From a virus (lineage: Duplodnaviria > Caudoviricetes), in the IMG/VR virus record IMGVR_UViG_3300045741_000280, positions 1 to 61,679 of that record: DNA of 61,679 bases; one strand, given 5' to 3'. The notes under the pieces are model-generated. The model searched no databases and had not been told where the DNA came from. It was given only the letters and a program-made list of their open reading frames with translations. Below are positions 19,451 through 31,400 of the stretch, in pieces (the first letter of the stretch is position 1; every line of letters begins with the position of its first letter). A program made the translations under genes and the position numbers.

Positions 19451-22400
19451 AGGAAAGTTGCATTCTGATTTAGGAGTACCTGCTGGAAAACCCATCCCAG
19501 CTTCTAAGCTGGCTATTAAAAGTGGAGACTCCACGGCTGTAAAGAAGAGAAAGCAATTTGCTATTAACGCCAAGAAGTGGCATCATGGCCAGGATGGTGT
19601 TACAATGCAGCCTACAAATCCATATAATTGGTATACTCCAGAGCAGCCTATGCCACAAATACCACAAAGTGGATATGCTCAGTTTCCAAATCTTCCAAAA
19701 ATTGATTTAACAACACTCCCTGGATCCACTGTTCCTTCCACGTTAAACATTCCAAAACCCCCGGAATTGTTAACATATCCTAATAAGAAAAAGAAATCAA
19801 AATTTGATGTAGGAGATGCAGCTGTTACAGGCCTCCTGGCTATTGATGCTCTCATTCCTCCAGAACCCTCTCCCTATCCAGTTGTTCGTCCAGGCCTCTC
19901 GTACAACGAACATCCATATGGAACAGGAAGTCAAGCAATAGCCCAGAAGGGCACTACTATTCCATCTAATCTGTACAAAACCAACAAATCTGCATATGTT
20001 GATAGTGTATTGAATGCTAATAAGAATTTAGATTGGGTACAAAGACTCTATGAGAAAAACCCAAAAACTGTCCAAATACCCGGACAACCTCATCCTTCTA
20101 CCCATTTTATGGGGGATAATGGACAGGGATATGTATTCCCTACTGTAGTGAATAAGGATGGGAAATTACAATATCTTGGAGATGGTGCAGAAGCCTATGC
20201 AAGAGATAGTAACACAGGAATTCAATTTCCAAAGGAGCAGGGTACATGGTTTGCTAATAATGGATATAAAAAAGGAAAAGGAGTGTTGAGTGGATTTGAG
20301 AGTGGTGGTAATATCCCTATTTCAACAACAGGGTATAAGTCATCTTCTAAAGACAAGAATAAGGCAAATCTTCGTATTCCTTCCAATCAAATAACAATGA
20401 AGGGAGTGCCACATAATGTCCTAGGTACAGACTCTCTTGGCTTTCAGCAACTTATGACTCCGGGAAATGATTATACATTCCCAGGCTCCTATGTAGATGA
20501 AATCCCAATGGCTAAAATGGGAAGCACTCTTTCCTCTGATAAAGCTAAAGAAATGTTAAGAGATGGAACAGCACATGGAAAGAAATTAACAGGAAAACAG
20601 AAGAGATATTTTGGATATATAGCTGGTGGAGGCACTCCACAAGCAGAGGATGGAATGACAATTCTTGACCAAAACACAGTGAAATTTAATGGAGACAAGC
20701 ACTCCGATCCTTCTGGAGGAATTCCTATATCCTATGGAGGAAAGAATGTTATGGTGGAAGGAGATGAAACAGGCTACCTCTCACCAATGGATAACTCCCT
20801 CACCATCATGGGAAATATGAAAAATCCTCTTACAGGCCGAAAATTCAAATCTGATTCCAAAATTCTTTCTGAAAAAGAGGCCAAAATGGATAGGCTCCAG
20901 GATGAGGGCTTAACACTAATAAACGATAACAACCCTATGGATAAATGGAGCTCTCTCAAATTTAATTCTGGAAAAGTGATGGCCACAGGGGCAAATAAGA
21001 AAAAAGAGGAGCTCCTGGCTTCTAAAGAGCATTTAAAAGACATTCAGGAGGCCATGCTTGGTCTTTCTATGGATAAGCCCTCCTACCCTAATGATGAGTT
21101 CGGAGTCAGCCAGAAGGCTAAAAAGGGCCTTAGAATTGATTCCTATCAGAGTGGGGGTACATTACGTAGGCCTAAGGGAAATGCTACTATGGAGCCCTAT
21201 TATAATGAGCAGGAGGGACTCTGGCACTTAAGACCTAGAACCATTCCTACAACAGCCCCCACACCAAGTTTTCAGCCTATTAATCCAGAAACAGGAAATA
21301 TTCCCTGGAAATATAACGATACAAAAATAGAGGGCTTAGACCCTAAAATAAAAGAATTTACAGACCTTCTTACTAAAAAAGGTATCACTGGATATTCAGG
21401 TCCAGAATCTGGAGTCTCTCAACGTAATACTAAACAAGGAAGAGCTTCACGTCACGCTTCGGGAGAAGCTCTAGATGCTTTTATGTTCCAACCAGATGCA
21501 TATAATAAGGTGTTAGCTGATCCGGAGCTATCTAAATATCTGATAGACAATGGGTTAACAGCAATAAATGAATACGACCCAAATGTGGCTAAGCAAACTG
21601 GAGCTACAGCTGGACATTTGCATATAGGATATGATAAGGGCACATCCGTTTCAGATCAGTTTAGAAAAGATGCACTTGCCAAATATAAGTCCTCAAACCC
21701 AACATGGGGATGGGGAACTACACGTAATCCCAAAGGAAAAGCTATTCAGGGAGCTCCACAAGGAGACCAAACATTCTTTCCATATGATCCTGGACAAGTG
21801 AGTTTTAAGGATATTTTACAAACATGGACACCTCCAGAGGGTTATAAACCCCCTCAGAAAAATCCTATTCCCCAATATGATCCAACAGCCGGATTTAAAA
21901 ATCCAGCTCCTTATCATATGCCTTCCAATGCACAACCCCTGGAATTAAATCAAGTTCTTCCAGAATTGTATGCAGCAGCTACAAATAAAGTGGAGCCTGT
22001 TCACCTGCAAAAATATCAGCCTGAGCTTTTCGAGCCCTATCAGGTGAGCTATCAGGATCAATTAAACGAAAATCAGGCTACATTTTCAGCAACACAGAAA
22101 GCTGCTGCTTACAATCCCTCAGCCCTGGCTACTCTCGGAGCCCAGAAATATTCAGCTGATAGTGGAGTGTTAGCCAATGAATTCCGCACCAATCAGGGAA
22201 TAGCTAATGATATTACAAACAAGAATATACAACTTCTAAATGACGCAGAATATAAGAATTTAGGCCTTGCTGACACACAATACACTCGACAATCCCCGGC
22301 CAGAAGCAATACAAAGGCTATTGATCATGATGTCCTAAATTCAATTTCCTCTAAAATCCTCCAGAATAAGCTCAACCAGAATAAAACCCGTTTGTACGAA

Positions 22401-22715
22401 AATCTCTATAATTATCGCTTCCATCCAGATAATCTGGAAGCTTATAATGCAGGTCCAGGAGGGCAAGAATATGTGGATTGGACTGGATCAGGAAATGGAA
22501 ATTCTGGGGAAAATCCCAATCAATCTACATCTGTAAGAAGGGATGCTTATGGCAGAGTGCAGGGCACCACTACGAACACACCCTCTATTAAAACACAGCA
22601 GCTACAGGATTATAATATACAAATGAAAAGAAACACTCCTGTAGCCAGTATGTTAAATAAAGGAGGACTTTCAAAGAATCTTGCAGCATGGCTTGCTACG
22701 CAGAGCTTACAATAA
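19413..22715 (+). CDS. Internal virion (cargo) protein, multi-modular, with an M15-like peptidoglycan peptidase domain
   Basis: 1100 aa (start could be 19419). SRHASGEALD (H at 21453) and GHLHIG (21615-21623) are M15 zinc motifs. First gene of the cargo block after the muzzle. Confidence 0.65.
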   Translation: MKMSKIYIKPSHRGKLHSDLGVPAGKPIPASKLAIKSGDSTAVKKRKQFAINAKKWHHGQDGVTMQPTNPYNWYTPEQPMPQIPQSGYAQFPNLPKIDLTTLPGSTVPSTLNIPKPPELLTYPNKKKKSKFDVGDAAVTGLLAIDALIPPEPSPYPVVRPGLSYNEHPYGTGSQAIAQKGTTIPSNLYKTNKSAYVDSVLNANKNLDWVQRLYEKNPKTVQIPGQPHPSTHFMGDNGQGYVFPTVVNKDGKLQYLGDGAEAYARDSNTGIQFPKEQGTWFANNGYKKGKGVLSGFESGGNIPISTTGYKSSSKDKNKANLRIPSNQITMKGVPHNVLGTDSLGFQQLMTPGNDYTFPGSYVDEIPMAKMGSTLSSDKAKEMLRDGTAHGKKLTGKQKRYFGYIAGGGTPQAEDGMTILDQNTVKFNGDKHSDPSGGIPISYGGKNVMVEGDETGYLSPMDNSLTIMGNMKNPLTGRKFKSDSKILSEKEAKMDRLQDEGLTLINDNNPMDKWSSLKFNSGKVMATGANKKKEELLASKEHLKDIQEAMLGLSMDKPSYPNDEFGVSQKAKKGLRIDSYQSGGTLRRPKGNATMEPYYNEQEGLWHLRPRTIPTTAPTPSFQPINPETGNIPWKYNDTKIEGLDPKIKEFTDLLTKKGITGYSGPESGVSQRNTKQGRASRHASGEALDAFMFQPDAYNKVLADPELSKYLIDNGLTAINEYDPNVAKQTGATAGHLHIGYDKGTSVSDQFRKDALAKYKSSNPTWGWGTTRNPKGKAIQGAPQGDQTFFPYDPGQVSFKDILQTWTPPEGYKPPQKNPIPQYDPTAGFKNPAPYHMPSNAQPLELNQVLPELYAAATNKVEPVHLQKYQPELFEPYQVSYQDQLNENQATFSATQKAAAYNPSALATLGAQKYSADSGVLANEFRTNQGIANDITNKNIQLLNDAEYKNLGLADTQYTRQSPARSNTKAIDHDVLNSISSKILQNKLNQNKTRLYENLYNYRFHPDNLEAYNAGPGGQEYVDWTGSGNGNSGENPNQSTSVRRDAYGRVQGTTTNTPSIKTQQLQDYNIQMKRNTPVASMLNKGGLSKNLAAWLATQSLQ

Positions 22716-22755
22716 TATTCCCCGTTATTCTGTTTTAACATCTCGCATTAAAAAA

Positions 22756-22787
22756 TTTGGCTATTATAATTCAATTCATTATCTTTA
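22756..22787 (+). promoter_or_regulatory. Bacteroidetes-type promoter for the cargo/RNAP genes
   Basis: TTTG (22756-22759), 20-nt spacer, TATCTTTA (22780-22787; one mismatch), 15 nt before the ATG at 22803. Confidence 0.6.
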
Positions 22788-22802
22788 CAAAAAATACATC
22801 CA

Positions 22803-25400
22803 ATGGCCTCTTTCACAGATGATCCAAGGCAACTTGGAAATTTTACCCCATACATAGAAACTCTTCCCGCAGAGTCACTAGCTCAAGTGGGAATGATCAA
22901 ACAACAACAGTTTGATCAGGGTGTGCAAAAGGTTCAGGGTCAAGTGGATATGTTAACGTCCCTTCCAATAGCAAAGGATGAGGTGAAAAGCTATGTACAG
23001 ACAAAGCTAGGCCAATTAAAAGAGGGGGTGACAAAGAATCTTGCAGGGGATTTTTCTGATGCTCGCATCACTAACCAAATTGGAGGGGCAGCAAGAATTA
23101 TAGCTCGGGATCCTATTGTACAGAATGGTGTAACATCAACAGCCAGAATGCAGGCAGCCCAATCCCAAATGCAGGAAGCTATAAAAGCTGGAAAATCTGC
23201 TCCTCAAAATGAGGCATCTCTTAATGAATCAATAGGATCCTGGTTAAATGATGGGCAGATAGACACTCAATTTACAGGATCATACTCCCCTCATGTAGAC
23301 TATATAGATAAGCTCACAAAGACATTCAAGGATATGAATCAGGGAGAGGATATTGATAAGGATGCATTTATATATGAGAATGGGGAAAGAAAGGTGAATC
23401 CTGTATTATTTAAAGGGGTGGGTCCAAAGAGAATTCAGGATGCATGGAATCTTGTATCTTCACAGCCAGATGTTCAAAATCAATTAAAAATTGATGGGTG
23501 GTATAGATATAATGGTGTCACTCCCAATGAATTGGGTCACTATCTACAGGAATCAACTCAAAGGATAAAGGATAATATAGGGCAGGCCATAAATGCTTTA
23601 AAGGCTAAAATAGCTATGGGCTCTACAGACACTACACTCTCTGCTCAAATAGAGCAATATAAGCAAATGGACATAGATAGAACAAAATCCTATGAGAATA
23701 TAAATGCTATTTTACACGGAAAAAATCCAGAATCTGCTAAGACAGAGCTTGTTAAGGAGCAAACTCTTAATGATTTTATAGGAGCGCATGCTTTCCAGAC
23801 AATGGAAAAGAGTCCTCTCTGGGAAACATCAATGCAGCAAAAGGTGTTTGACAGACAGTTTTATGAATGGCAGCAGGATTATAATCTAAATGTAGATAAA
23901 TTTAATTTAGAAAAAATAAAGGTGGGTTTAAAAACACCCTCCGATGGTAGTGGAGGAGGGAATGATGTAATAACATCTGGACAAATAGTAACCAGTGAAA
24001 TACCACAGGGCTCAGTGGCTGCATATGATAATCAGGCCTCAGCATTAGATGCCTACACCCAGTCTACGTTAGAATTGGCTTCATATATGGCACATGGTGG
24101 AAATGATAGCCCAGCTGTATTGGATAATGTAACGGGAAAATGGAAATTTAATTTTGGTCCAGATAAACATTATAAAACATTAGGAGAAGCACAGGGTGCA
24201 GTGGGTGGACTATTAGCCACAGCCAAGGATGATTATATGAATGGAGCTGTAGATAATGCAAGAGCTAACGAATTAATAGAAGCTTCCAACCAAAAATGGG
24301 ATAATTATCAATCCAATAGCCAGATAGTAAAGGATGTGGAGACACAATTCAAACCAAAAATAGACGAAATAAAGAAGAAAATTGGTAATGAGGAATATGC
24401 TTCTGCATATATAGTGGATAACAAACTCCCAGGATGGCAAGTAGAGCAGGCAAAACTAGAAGGAAAATATGGGGCTGGAATATTAGAAGATCAGCCGGGG
24501 AGTCAAATAACATCTAGCACACGTACACCAGCTTGGAAAATAGGAATGGGTATAAGTGAGATAGGCCATTATGCTACATCAGGAAATGTTAAAATACAGA
24601 GAGGCCCTAATGCTTCTGTATATGAAAAAGCAATTTCTACTGTAAAGAATGATCCCTCTATAACACAAGCAGTGAAGGATAGAGAAGATGCCTTCTCAGC
24701 AAGAAATAAAACAGATATTCCATACACTGTAACACATGATGTATCTAAATCAGATGACAGAGAATACATAAATACACGATTTTATGCATTGGCTGCTGCA
24801 AGAGCTGTTAATCCATCCACTGGAAAAGGAGATGCTAATGAGATTCTGAATTTAACGGGACAAGATAAGAATAAGAGGGGAGAATTACAATATCAGAGTG
24901 GTATTGATCCACAATCAGGTGTGGCCTATATAAAAGTGGGATCTGGTACGGATTTTTACACTATGGAAGTGTCCAGAGCAGAATATGAGAAACAATTTCC
25001 AGAAAGAAAATATAACAACCAATTTAGGGAAACATTTGGTCCACGTCTCAATCAGACACAATGGCAATCCACTGATCCATTAGGAGAATCAAATGGTGGT
25101 GGAAGAGCTAATGCCTATAAGGTGGTGTTGGATAAACCTAGTGCTCCATTTGTAGTACAATACCATTTAGTAGCTCAAGGTCCTAATCAATATGCAATGA
25201 GACTATGGGTGACACCAAAACCCACATCTACTAATCCATCTCCAGATCCAGTGATAAATGGAGAATATGCTTCTGGAACATTAATAGGAATGCCCTCTAC
25301 ATTAACAGAAGAAGAAGTGGTAAAATGGAAGGATAAATTAAAGGATTCAGATTGGCTAAATCAACAGCTTTTATACAAATTCAAGCCTAAAGCACCATAA
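22803..25400 (+). CDS. Internal virion (cargo/ejection) protein
   Basis: 865 aa with a helical Q/K-rich N-half starting MASFTD...FTPYIETLP. TAATG-coupled to the RNAP gene. Confidence 0.55.
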   Translation: MASFTDDPRQLGNFTPYIETLPAESLAQVGMIKQQQFDQGVQKVQGQVDMLTSLPIAKDEVKSYVQTKLGQLKEGVTKNLAGDFSDARITNQIGGAARIIARDPIVQNGVTSTARMQAAQSQMQEAIKAGKSAPQNEASLNESIGSWLNDGQIDTQFTGSYSPHVDYIDKLTKTFKDMNQGEDIDKDAFIYENGERKVNPVLFKGVGPKRIQDAWNLVSSQPDVQNQLKIDGWYRYNGVTPNELGHYLQESTQRIKDNIGQAINALKAKIAMGSTDTTLSAQIEQYKQMDIDRTKSYENINAILHGKNPESAKTELVKEQTLNDFIGAHAFQTMEKSPLWETSMQQKVFDRQFYEWQQDYNLNVDKFNLEKIKVGLKTPSDGSGGGNDVITSGQIVTSEIPQGSVAAYDNQASALDAYTQSTLELASYMAHGGNDSPAVLDNVTGKWKFNFGPDKHYKTLGEAQGAVGGLLATAKDDYMNGAVDNARANELIEASNQKWDNYQSNSQIVKDVETQFKPKIDEIKKKIGNEEYASAYIVDNKLPGWQVEQAKLEGKYGAGILEDQPGSQITSSTRTPAWKIGMGISEIGHYATSGNVKIQRGPNASVYEKAISTVKNDPSITQAVKDREDAFSARNKTDIPYTVTHDVSKSDDREYINTRFYALAAARAVNPSTGKGDANEILNLTGQDKNKRGELQYQSGIDPQSGVAYIKVGSGTDFYTMEVSRAEYEKQFPERKYNNQFRETFGPRLNQTQWQSTDPLGESNGGGRANAYKVVLDKPSAPFVVQYHLVAQGPNQYAMRLWVTPKPTSTNPSPDPVINGEYASGTLIGMPSTLTEEEVVKWKDKLKDSDWLNQQLLYKFKPKAP

Positions 25401-28400
25401 TGCAGGACGGACAACTCTCAAATACGCTATTCGGAGAACAACTCAATCAGTCTGATTGGGGAAAATTTGCTCCTGGAACTGGGACATTAAATCCCCAAGG
25501 GCCAGCTCCTAAGACCAACACAAAGATAGATTATGACCAGCTAGAGCAATCGTTGCTTGCTCAGGGAGATGCTGTAAATAAGAGTGCAAAACAAATAGAG
25601 TCTCCTTACAAAGAAGAACAAATTAGTCCCTTGTCATTAGATCTTACAGGAAGATTTAAAAGACAACTACCTGGGGCAGATAATGAAGATCTCTGGGGAC
25701 AGAGTCAATCCAATTGGGATAAAATGTTTAATGGCATCACCAAAGGACTTGCTTTAGCTGGTACAACATTTCTTCAGGGCACACTCGGACTGGCTTATGG
25801 CTTAAAGCAGGTGGTGACAGGTCATGGACTTAATTCACTATATAACAATGACCTATCCAATTCGTTTCAAAATTTTAACAATTCTCTAGAAAATACATTA
25901 CCAAACTATTACACAGCACGGGAAAGAGCAGCTGATTGGTTGGAACCCTCGAATGTATTTACGATTAATTTCCTGTTTGACAAACTTATTAAAAATTTTG
26001 GGTTTTCACTAGGAGCTATATATTCAGGAGCTGCCATATCTAAAATATTGGGACTCATCCCGGAAATATTTGGCATATCAAAAGCCAAGGGACTGAGTGT
26101 ATTAGCTAATAGTATTGAAAAAGAGTTAACACCTCTTCCTCCTCTCGTAAGACCAGCAGCTGTAACAAACGCTATATTAAAAGCTTCCAAAGTTACAAAC
26201 ATTATTAATACAATAATATCCCCGGCAGAAAAGTTTCTTATATCCAGTCTTGGGGCTGTAACAGAAGGAGGGATAGAAGCTTTACAAGGACTTAATGATT
26301 GGCGTAATAAGAAAATACAGGAATACAAGGATGCAAATGGTGTTTCCCCTCAAGGAGAGGATCTAAATAAAATAAATAATATGGCTGAGGATTTAGGAAA
26401 TGCCAGATTTGGAATGAACCTGGCTCTTCTTACAGCCACTAATTATGTTCAGCTTCCTAAAATTCTTTCCTCCTCATATAAAGAGTCTAAAATAATAGCT
26501 AATGGAATAGAACGTTCCATAAATCCCATCACAAGGAAGCTGGAAACAGGTCTTTACGAATCGGCCCTTCCCTCCACAACACTGGGTAAATTAGCCTTTC
26601 GTGCCAAAAATATAGCCTCTCTTTTCTTTTCTCCAGTGGAAGCTTTTGAGGAAGGAGCACAAAACACAATCCAGCAGGGGGTGGAGGACTACTATAATAA
26701 GGCATATAAAGGAGAAGGAAAAGATTGGCTAAATTCCATATCAGAAGGAGCTAGACAAACTCTGCATGATAAATCTGGACTGGAGCAAATATTAATAGGA
26801 GGATTGTCCGGAGGACTACAACAAGCAGGATTTGTTGGTACATATCAGAATGAAAAAGGAAAAACAAGACTCGGTTTTGGCAAATCCGGAGAAATTGGGG
26901 AAAGAGGAGTGACAGGATATGGTGGAGAAAGGGCCAAGCATACAGCAGACTTTTTAGCAGTTTTAAATAAATCCAAGGGGACACAATCCCCCGATGGATG
27001 GATGCAGGCTATGGCTATGTCAGCAGCCAGGGGCATCAATCTACAGCTTGAGGGCCAGCAATATATTAAGCAAGGAGACCTTCTTGAAGCAAAGGATAAT
27101 GAATTCGACTATCAGCATAACTACCTAACACCCAGAATACAATATGGAAGATTTGATTTAGTCACTAGTGATATTAATAACTATCGCCAGCTTGCAGCCT
27201 CTCCAGAAGGATGGCTGAAACTAAAAGAGATGGGGATAGCTAATTCAGGAGACACAAGAGAATCATTTCTAGCCCGTCTTGGCCAATTTGAAGAGAATGC
27301 TAAGAATGTAAATTCTTTATACCAATCCCTCAATGTACGTTATGGAGGAGTGTTAAATAAAGATAAAACTCCTAAATATAATGCAGAGGCTTTGGAAAAA
27401 ATGACATATGCAGCCTCCAAAGTGGCTAATTATGACACACGTATTCCACAGGTGAATGCCTCATTAGCATCAGCCGGAATATCCACACAGCCTATAATTG
27501 ATAGTGTTATTGCAAGTAATAGGGTGCCGGAAGGAGCCACTAAAGAAGCTTTAGACCAAATAGAGGGTTTAAAAAAACTAACGGATGATGGTAGGAATCA
27601 ATTAAAATCTGATTTAAGGGATGTAATAGAAATGTCCCTCAGACGTAAGAATTTCTTAAAGGCCTATGATCAGCTTAAGGAAGATCCTGAAAAATACACC
27701 CCTGTAGAGGAGCCAGGTGTGAATACGTCCACCACTATAAATGGAAAGAATGTAGAAATAGGAAAGGAATATAGCCTCGCACAGCCGCTATTCCGTGAAG
27801 GAAATAAACTATCCATATCCCCCACTCTCACTATCCTCTCCTCCACACTAAAGGGAGAACTAGAAGTGAAAACTCCTACGGGAGAAATCACCTATCGTAA
27901 GCCTAAAGATCTTTCCTATGATCTCCTTGATTCGGACATAACGGATGAGAAATATAATGAAATAGCTGAAAAGGCTGTTGATAGTGTTATAGGCAAAGAA
28001 GAAGGACGTGACACCCTGGATAAAAAACTATCATTCATCAACTCCCAAAATGACAAGGAGCTTACAGATGAGGTGGAAGATGCCATTACAAAGGCCACTA
28101 AAACATATATGGAGTTTGTGGTGAAAGCAAGAGAAGCTAAGGATAAACTTGCTAAGGATGCTGCTCTTAAAAAATCCCTTGAGGCTGCTCAGGATGCCTT
28201 GGATAGGCTTTCAGGACTAGAAACAGGAGATGAAACTACAGACACAGATGAGAAAAATGCTTCCTTCTCTCCTAATAAGCCACTTCCAGCCTTCCGTTCC
28301 AGTGATGCTGCCAATTCCACTAACAACCTTCCGGATGGGGAAGATAAATCCCAACAATTAAGGAGACAATCCTTCCTTTCCATACTACCATCACTTTCCA

Positions 28401-31400
28401 AGCAGAATGCTGCTAATATTCGTGTATTAGCCATCACTAAGAATAATGAGGCCACATATGGCCTATCAGGATTAATAGCTTATGTCAAGGATCAAATTAA
28501 GAATTCTAATTTAGACGACGAAACCAAAAGCATCTATATAGATGAAAAAGGGGAATTTCGCCCTGAGCAAGAGCCAATTATAAAGCTCTATGTAACAAAG
28601 GATGGAGCAAAATTACATCTCATTGGAGCAGATGGAAAAGCTTTGTCCCCACTAGAAGGCTCTGTTCTTGAAGAATTAAAATCTCAAGGAATATTCTCAA
28701 CATTCCATTCTGTTATAGACGGAGTGTATAAAATGGGTCCGAGGGCCAATCAGCCTAATTTCTCAGGACCTTATACAGCCGAAGATGTTGAGAAAATAAA
28801 TAAAGAACACCAGGCATGGAGAGCCTCCATTCTGGATGGCACAACATCCCCGGAATATGAAATTGATCAAATATCCAGGGGAGTAATTCTCACAGATGGT
28901 AATAATAAACCTCTCACAGAGACAGTGCTGGCCTCAGACGAGGATTTAAAGAATAAGGAAGGACTCATTGTAATTCCCACTATTGAAAATCAAATATCCC
29001 ATGGAGGTGTATCCTTTAACTACACTCCAGGGTTTCCTGTATTCCAGAATGGGCCAAATATATCCTTTCTAAACTCCCGTACACTCACCCCCAAAGAAGC
29101 AGAGGATGTATTCCATCTTCTTAGAAGAAGGATAGAAACAGCCGGAACCCCAGAATCGGCAAGAATAGAGTCCTACCTCTCTTCAATTCTATATTTACGT
29201 TCCCCCAAGGCGGGAGAGGCTGCATCAAACTCTCAAATATTCCATGCCTCCACTGAGGATGGATATAAATATTTCCTTGGAAATTCCAAGCCAATAGATT
29301 TTACGACAGCGGCCTTTGACCAAAACAAAGACGCAATAACATCCTTCTTTGAAAATTACCATGTAAGAATTAATGCCAGAATTCTCAAAGAAAACTCCCC
29401 ATTAGGCTATGAAACTCCATCCCTCAATGAGGATGGTTCTATAAAGGAGTGGATTAAACATCCTTCCTATCAATATTATTTGCTCTCCTCTAAAGATAAT
29501 TCCAATCCTTTCTTACAAACAAAAGCTCGTAAATCAGTTTCTTCTGGAGATCCCTCTATTGTTTCACGTTATACAACATTAAAGGGAAATTCTTTTGAAT
29601 TCACTCCTAAAGTGAAAGAAGAAAAGAAAGCAGAACAACCCCAGGCTAGGGCAGAGAAGGTGGATGAGGAAAGAAAGGATGCTGTCACTGCTGCTGCCAC
29701 TGCATCAAACTCTACATGGGAAATAGCATACAGTGAAAGACGCAACAAATGGATAGGGGAATATGTAGATGAGGAAGGGAAAAGTGGAGCTGTTGGAGGA
29801 AAAACAGAAGAGGATGTCAAGGAACAATTAAAAGCTCTTGGGATAATTAAAGAAGAGAAGCCAGAAGCTAAAGAAGACTCTGTAGAGGATAAAATAAAGG
29901 AAAAAAAGGATAACCCATCCTCATTGGATGCAGATGCATTCAGTTTTGTGGATGAGGCTGTTAAATATTCCCCAATAGATGTAGAAAAAGAGCTGGCTTA
30001 TGCCAGGGAAAAGACGCCCTTTGAAACCACTTCTCTGAAGAACGTAATAAAAACTTCTCAGGGAATATTTGCTTGGGGAGAATTCAAGGGAATGCTAATT
30101 TCTGTATATGAGAAGGCCCAGGCTGGAACAGGATACCATGAAACATTTGAGGGAGTGTGGAAGGTGTTCACCACTCCACAACAGAAAGCTGCTATTCTAA
30201 AGGAATTCCAGAGAAGACCCGGAACATTCCAATTCTTTGATGGAAAGGAATATTCAGCAATTCCCCATTCAGAAGCTACAGAATTTCAGGCTAAAGAAAC
30301 CTTGGCTAATGAATTTGCTCAATATGTACTCACTAAGGAAGAACCAAAAGGTCCGTTATTAGTTCGCTGGTTTAAGCAGCTTCTCAATCTTTTAAAGGGA
30401 ATATTCTCTGGAAAAATAGACTCCCTGTTCTCCAAAATTGATGCCGGACATTATAAATCTGCCTCCCCAATATATACAGATGGTGTCTCGGAATATTCAT
30501 TTGCACAGCTTCCATATACAGATCAATATGAAACCGTACAGGGAGTGGCTCTTGCTCTTATACAAGAACTAATAAACCCAGAAAATAAGAATTCCATATC
30601 CCTTACGGAGTTCGAGGAATCAACAAATGTTTCCGTAAAGGAATATTACGATGAAGTGTATAAAAAATTAGCCCAAATATATGAGAATGATATATACACG
30701 GATGCCCTTGGAATAAATACCAATATTCCGCTTGTAGAGTCATTTAGGAATTATTGGGAGAATATAAAGCAGGATTGGGATGAAATAAAGAAAAAGACAG
30801 ATGAATACCTCTATTCCCTGGGCATTGTGCAGGGCTACCAGGATGAGAAGGGAAATATTTCTCGTCTTGAGAGGGATGATTATTCTAACAGGGATTATGT
30901 GGATGATAGGAAATATTTCATGAATGATGCTAAACAAACAGCCTCCCGATCCATAAAACTACTATTTGCCACCATCCCGGAAATAAAGAAAAGGAGAGCT
31001 GATGGATCCCTTATGGAAATAAGGAGCAGAAGCACTCTGATGATGAGGCCTGTAAACTACAGTAAGACATTCAATCTTGTAATGTCTCATTTGTTAAAAT
31101 ATAATACAGCTTCTGAAAAGGAAGAGGCCCTTAAAACTCTGGCTCTCACTAATTTAGATGCAGCATATTTATATAACACTCTCAATGCATCCCATCCAGG
31201 CTCTATTCTTCAGGATGAGCAGTTGAAAATTCGTTTCTATCAGGCTATGTCTAAACAGCAGCCTACACCATGGAAACAACGTAATTTTTCTAATGGAACA
31301 TCTGCCACCACAACAGCTAATTTGGAAAGTTCCACAAAAGCTATTGTACAGAGGTGGATTGATAATATGAAAATAGAGGCTTCTAAGGGAAACAATCCTC

